NCBI GenBank assembly: GCA_963836755.1
Contig: CAWIKF010000001.1
Coordinates: 192,001-256,000, forward strand
Origin: an uncultured Verrucomicrobiae bacterium
Lineage (GTDB): Bacteria > Verrucomicrobiota > Verrucomicrobiia > Chthoniobacterales > Chthoniobacteraceae
DNA length: 64,000 nt
Direction of reading: 5' to 3'
In this document: positions 58,982-64,000 of the stretch, in pieces
Numbering within the stretch: the first letter of the stretch is position 1
Layout of the letters: every line of letters starts with the position of its first letter
Notes under the pieces: model-generated
What the model saw: the letters and a program-made list of their open reading frames with translations, nothing else
What the model was told of the DNA's origin: nothing
The model's database searches: none
Program-made: the position numbers and the translations under genes

Positions 58982-60769
58982 CTAGAACTTTGTCCACGCC
59001 CCACGGCCCCATGTCACTGCATCGAGGCTGCCGGCTGGAGGATTAGTTCCGAAATTGAGATCATAGTTAAAGCGGCGCAGGGGAGGCGAAAATATGTTTC
59101 CGGTGTCCCATTCGCCCGTGAAGGTTTTGCTTTGGTAAAGCTCTACCATTGAGCCGTAGTAAGTGCAGTATTGGTCGGTCCAGTTCTCAAGATAGCGAGG
59201 AAAATTGTTTGCCCCGCCCGAGTAGCCATATTGCGCTGCACCATAGTGCGGATCGCTGGAACCCGGTGTGTAGCCGGATGGAATGAAACCCGAAAGGATG
59301 GCTGTGTTGTAGGTGGTATCGCTTGCTGTTCGATAACTGATACTCTTTGAAGAATTGGAGTCATTCCAGGAATTCGACAGAAACATCACCGCGTCAGCCA
59401 TTACCGCCGCCGGCTTGCGAGTGTAGCTACTGGTGGTAGGGCTCGCGCTATTGTCAGTGTTGCTAACGTTTGCAGGCACAGCTGCTGGATTGGTGGTTGT
59501 GCCGGTATTATAATCGCCTTGAATGTAGACTGGATTTTGACTTGCGATGGTAAGGCCGTTGTCGGGCAACTGCCCACCATTTTGAAGGCGAATCGTCTTT
59601 GGCTGTGGATCTGCAGTCGTCTGCGCCGTGACGTCGTAGATGTAAACGATGTTATTGAAACCAGATATTCCTGCGTTCAAAACAGTCCTCAGCGCGCTTA
59701 TGTCCACATTATTGACGTCAACATAGGTTCCTTCCCGTTGATCGTAAAGCGCGCTTTGAACCTTTGTAATCGCAGCCTTGATGGCAGTTTGTTGCGTAGA
59801 CGTAACGCTCGTTCCATTCTTTCCAGTGACGGTTACAGCGGTTCCGTTGATGCTGATAATCATGCCGGCCTTGTTATAGATCCGGCGGTTGGCGAATGCG
59901 GTGGGATCTGTATAGCTGGTGTTCGCTGGCTCAATGAGTTCGTGGAGACTGTCATTATTCGGATTCGAATCAGTGGTATTGATTGCCGAGCTAATGGAGA
60001 CGCCAAGAGGTTCCATCGAATTCACCTGACTTAGCTGTGCATTCACGCCGCCACTGCTGTAGACAGGCGAGACTTCAGCGTTAGCGGAATACCCGCTCCA
60101 CATGTTCGCATAGGGTGGATCAATGGTGGAGGAATAGCTGTCCGAGTAGGAAACGTCTCCGGTGAAGGTTAGCGATGCGCCGGACTGCCCACTGAGATAC
60201 GCGTTTCCATTGGTGTGGACCAATCCACCTACGATCATCTGTGCCGGCTTGTAAAAAACCAAGTCATCTTGAAAGAAATACATCGATTGAAACAGTGGCA
60301 CTGCCGTGTAGGCAAAGTAGCGCTTGATGCCGACCTGAATCGGAAGCGTTCCCACGTTTCCTTTGAGTTTCGCAGAAGCAAGGTAGCTATAGGTCTGGCC
60401 GCGCCATCCATTGTAGGTTGGAACGTCTGTCATGACTCCGACAGGCGTTGCAACTGGCGCTCCGTATTGATCCAAGGGGGTAATCGCAAGGTTTGATGTA
60501 TAGGTCAGACCAGAAAACGCGGGCGGAGTCGTAATCGAAAGTCCGCTGGATGGGAGATATGTTACAGCGTTTACCGTGCGGGTCTTCCAGATACCGAAGG
60601 CATACTCGACCGCACCTTCCGCCGCTGCCTGAATGGAGGCGTATTGACGGCTTCTATCCGTGATCCTCGCTGTGGACAAGGTGGAATTGACGGCAACGCC
60701 GACGAAAGCCGAGATCAGAATGATCAGGATCAACGTGATTAGCTGAATATTTCCGTCGCAGCGCTTCAT
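58982..60769 (-). CDS. Large PilX/GspK-like minor pilin (no Glu5) with extended C-terminal domain
   Basis: G|NIQLITLILII hydrophobic N-terminus, AAEGAVEYA, GLVHTNG, C-terminal ENW..YGSMV..PP..F.YD. Confidence 0.7.
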   Translation of the reverse strand: MKRCDGNIQLITLILIILISAFVGVAVNSTLSTARITDRSRQYASIQAAAEGAVEYAFGIWKTRTVNAVTYLPSSGLSITTPPAFSGLTYTSNLAITPLDQYGAPVATPVGVMTDVPTYNGWRGQTYSYLASAKLKGNVGTLPIQVGIKRYFAYTAVPLFQSMYFFQDDLVFYKPAQMIVGGLVHTNGNAYLSGQSGASLTFTGDVSYSDSYSSTIDPPYANMWSGYSANAEVSPVYSSGGVNAQLSQVNSMEPLGVSISSAINTTDSNPNNDSLHELIEPANTSYTDPTAFANRRIYNKAGMIISINGTAVTVTGKNGTSVTSTQQTAIKAAITKVQSALYDQREGTYVDVNNVDISALRTVLNAGISGFNNIVYIYDVTAQTTADPQPKTIRLQNGGQLPDNGLTIASQNPVYIQGDYNTGTTTNPAAVPANVSNTDNSASPTTSSYTRKPAAVMADAVMFLSNSWNDSNSSKSISYRTASDTTYNTAILSGFIPSGYTPGSSDPHYGAAQYGYSGGANNFPRYLENWTDQYCTYYGSMVELYQSKTFTGEWDTGNIFSPPLRRFNYDLNFGTNPPAGSLDAVTWGRGAWTKF

Positions 60770-60775
60770 GTTTGA

Positions 60776-61657
60776 TCACGGATTGCTTCTCGGGCGAACA
60801 GCTAGATCAGCTCGCGCGAACGTCGAAAAACTATCCTTCTGTTTGTTAGCCAATACTTGATCGTAAGAATCGGCTCGCAAACAAAGGGAACAGCTCACAA
60901 AGCTCTGGCCGTTATTCTGAGTGATCGAAAATGGCGATTGGTCTGTCGCCACGCTCCCAATCTGCCGTGACAGGACTACATACTTCGTGGAGTCATTCAA
61001 GTCAGCTGGAGCATTGTAAGGCCGGACGAGTCGAAGTTCCCATTGGCCGCCGTTTTGCTCTACGACCAAAGCCATGGGTCGAACCACTCTCGCTGTCACT
61101 CCGTTCGTGACATTGGTTGTTGTGACAGCGCTCGCAAGGCCGCTTGTCAAATTTACCGTCATCTGCTGGTTCCCGGGAACACTGCCAGTGACTGTAGCAT
61201 TGGCGCTCGCGGTAGGTCGTAGTGTTGTATTGGTGCCATCGATGCGGACTACATCTCCTTTTAATGGTGTGAAAACTGCGGAAGCCGTTGAGTCTGCGCA
61301 GTAAATATTCATCTGGAACGAGGTTATCCCGGCTGCCAAGCCCGAAGTGGAGGCAGTGATTACATAGGGAGCTCCGACATAGTAATCGAACACTACTCCT
61401 TGTGCGGAACCTGAACTTACTGCGTTACCTTGTGCATCAATCAGCGTTGGCATTGTATCCGCCTGTTGCAGATACTGCTCAATTCTGTCGATGGACCGGT
61501 GCAGGGAGTTTCCCGTGACATTGAAAGCAAAATTTTTCGACCATAGAAGCATGGTCGTGTTCAAGAGGTAGTAAGTGCCGACTCCGAAAATCGACGCAGC
61601 AACCATGCTGACTACAGTTTCCACCAAAGTGAAGCCTCTGTGTTTGCAGAGCTTCAT
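60776..61657 (-). CDS. Prepilin-type (PilW-like) protein
   Basis: KHRG|FTLVETVV N-methylation motif. Confidence 0.8.
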   Translation of the reverse strand: MKLCKHRGFTLVETVVSMVAASIFGVGTYYLLNTTMLLWSKNFAFNVTGNSLHRSIDRIEQYLQQADTMPTLIDAQGNAVSSGSAQGVVFDYYVGAPYVITASTSGLAAGITSFQMNIYCADSTASAVFTPLKGDVVRIDGTNTTLRPTASANATVTGSVPGNQQMTVNLTSGLASAVTTTNVTNGVTARVVRPMALVVEQNGGQWELRLVRPYNAPADLNDSTKYVVLSRQIGSVATDQSPFSITQNNGQSFVSCSLCLRADSYDQVLANKQKDSFSTFARADLAVRPRSNP

Positions 61658-61659
61658 CG

Positions 61660-62130
61660 TCAATCCTGCGCGCGGAGACTAGTCATATGATAACTATAGG
61701 ACCGTCCGCGGAAGGTGTAGTTAAGTTGAAAAGTGATACGAAAGATCGGCGCGCTATCTGAGTTTGCTTCAGCGACCACAGTGCGGTTCAAAGTGCCAGT
61801 GACCAAAACGTTTCCACTGCGCGTGTCGACAACGTTTTCGGTATAGCTCCCATCACCATCTTCGTCGTAAAGAGCTCCACTAGATCCTGTGGTCGCAAGG
61901 ATTGCCGGGGTGGAAGTGGAGCTAAAGGGAGCGACGAGCGCTGCGTCCATATTCCTCTGCACGATCGCGCGGGCATTGGAATAGACGCGTGCGGTTGCAG
62001 CTTCACGGTTGACGGTGAGCAGAGTGGAAATGCTGGAGACGCCCACAACGACCATGATTGCCGCCGCGATCATTACTTGCACCAGCGTAAAGCCGCCGGC
62101 GCGCCGCACGCGAGGGCGCGGCGCCTTCAT
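61660..62130 (-). CDS. Prepilin-type (PilV-like) protein; alternative start at 62187
   Basis: RRAGG|FTLVQVMIA motif with Gln at +5. Confidence 0.78.
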   Translation of the reverse strand: MKAPRPRVRRAGGFTLVQVMIAAAIMVVVGVSSISTLLTVNREAATARVYSNARAIVQRNMDAALVAPFSSTSTPAILATTGSSGALYDEDGDGSYTENVVDTRSGNVLVTGTLNRTVVAEANSDSAPIFRITFQLNYTFRGRSYSYHMTSLRAQD

Positions 62131-62199
62131 TGTCGGGCCATTTGCAGGCGCGAAACAAAGCTGCTCGCTGTTTTCGGCAGACGACATCGTGTCATTTAG

Positions 62200-62215
62200 A
62201 GCAGAATTCGTGCCC
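62200..62215 (-). promoter_or_regulatory. Sigma-54 (-24/-12) promoter motif upstream of the pilin cassette
   Basis: Minus strand GGGCACGAATTCTGCT versus consensus TGGCACGNNNNTTGCW. Confidence 0.65.
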
Positions 62216-62262
62216 TTTTGGTCCGGGCTGATGCAGCAGCCAGTCGCTCCGAGAGATTTTCG

Positions 62263-64000
<1,738 letters not shown>

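Overview
GC-rich bacterial chromosome segment, most likely Verrucomicrobiota (Chthoniobacterales/Spartobacteria-like). This is inferred from the PATR-repeat PEP-CTERM proteins, a PGKPGFVTSP-type lipoprotein, the sdhCAB type and the scarcity of Shine-Dalgarno leaders. Left arm (1-22.6 kb): CgeB-like glycosyltransferase/methyltransferase cluster, envelope and lipid genes, thiG, rodA, tyrA-aroA-cmk-plsC, purFM. Middle (about 22.6-50.1 kb) is accessory: orphan ArsR, a decayed sodium:solute symporter, GH2 beta-galactosidase, an mhqO/mhqD-like pair, DUF72, then four mosaic autotransporter-repeat surface proteins with non-canonical PEP-CTERM tails (VPEA/IPES) and a relic tail of a fifth. Right arm: livKHMGF, sdhCAB, an AT-richer pilin-like cassette with a sigma-54 motif, leuB and a partial secretin. 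The most unusual element lies inside the surface-protein cluster. It is a 256-bp array (36706-36961) of 13 palindromic GGTG-NN-CACC boxes with a 21/20-bp period, in which conserved AT-rich 10-nt linkers alternate with unique 11-nt spacers. It sits upstream of an operator-like palindrome, a leader hairpin and an uncharacterised 234-aa gene. No tRNA, rRNA, canonical CRISPR, integrase or transposase was recognised. All calls are by eye, without database searches.
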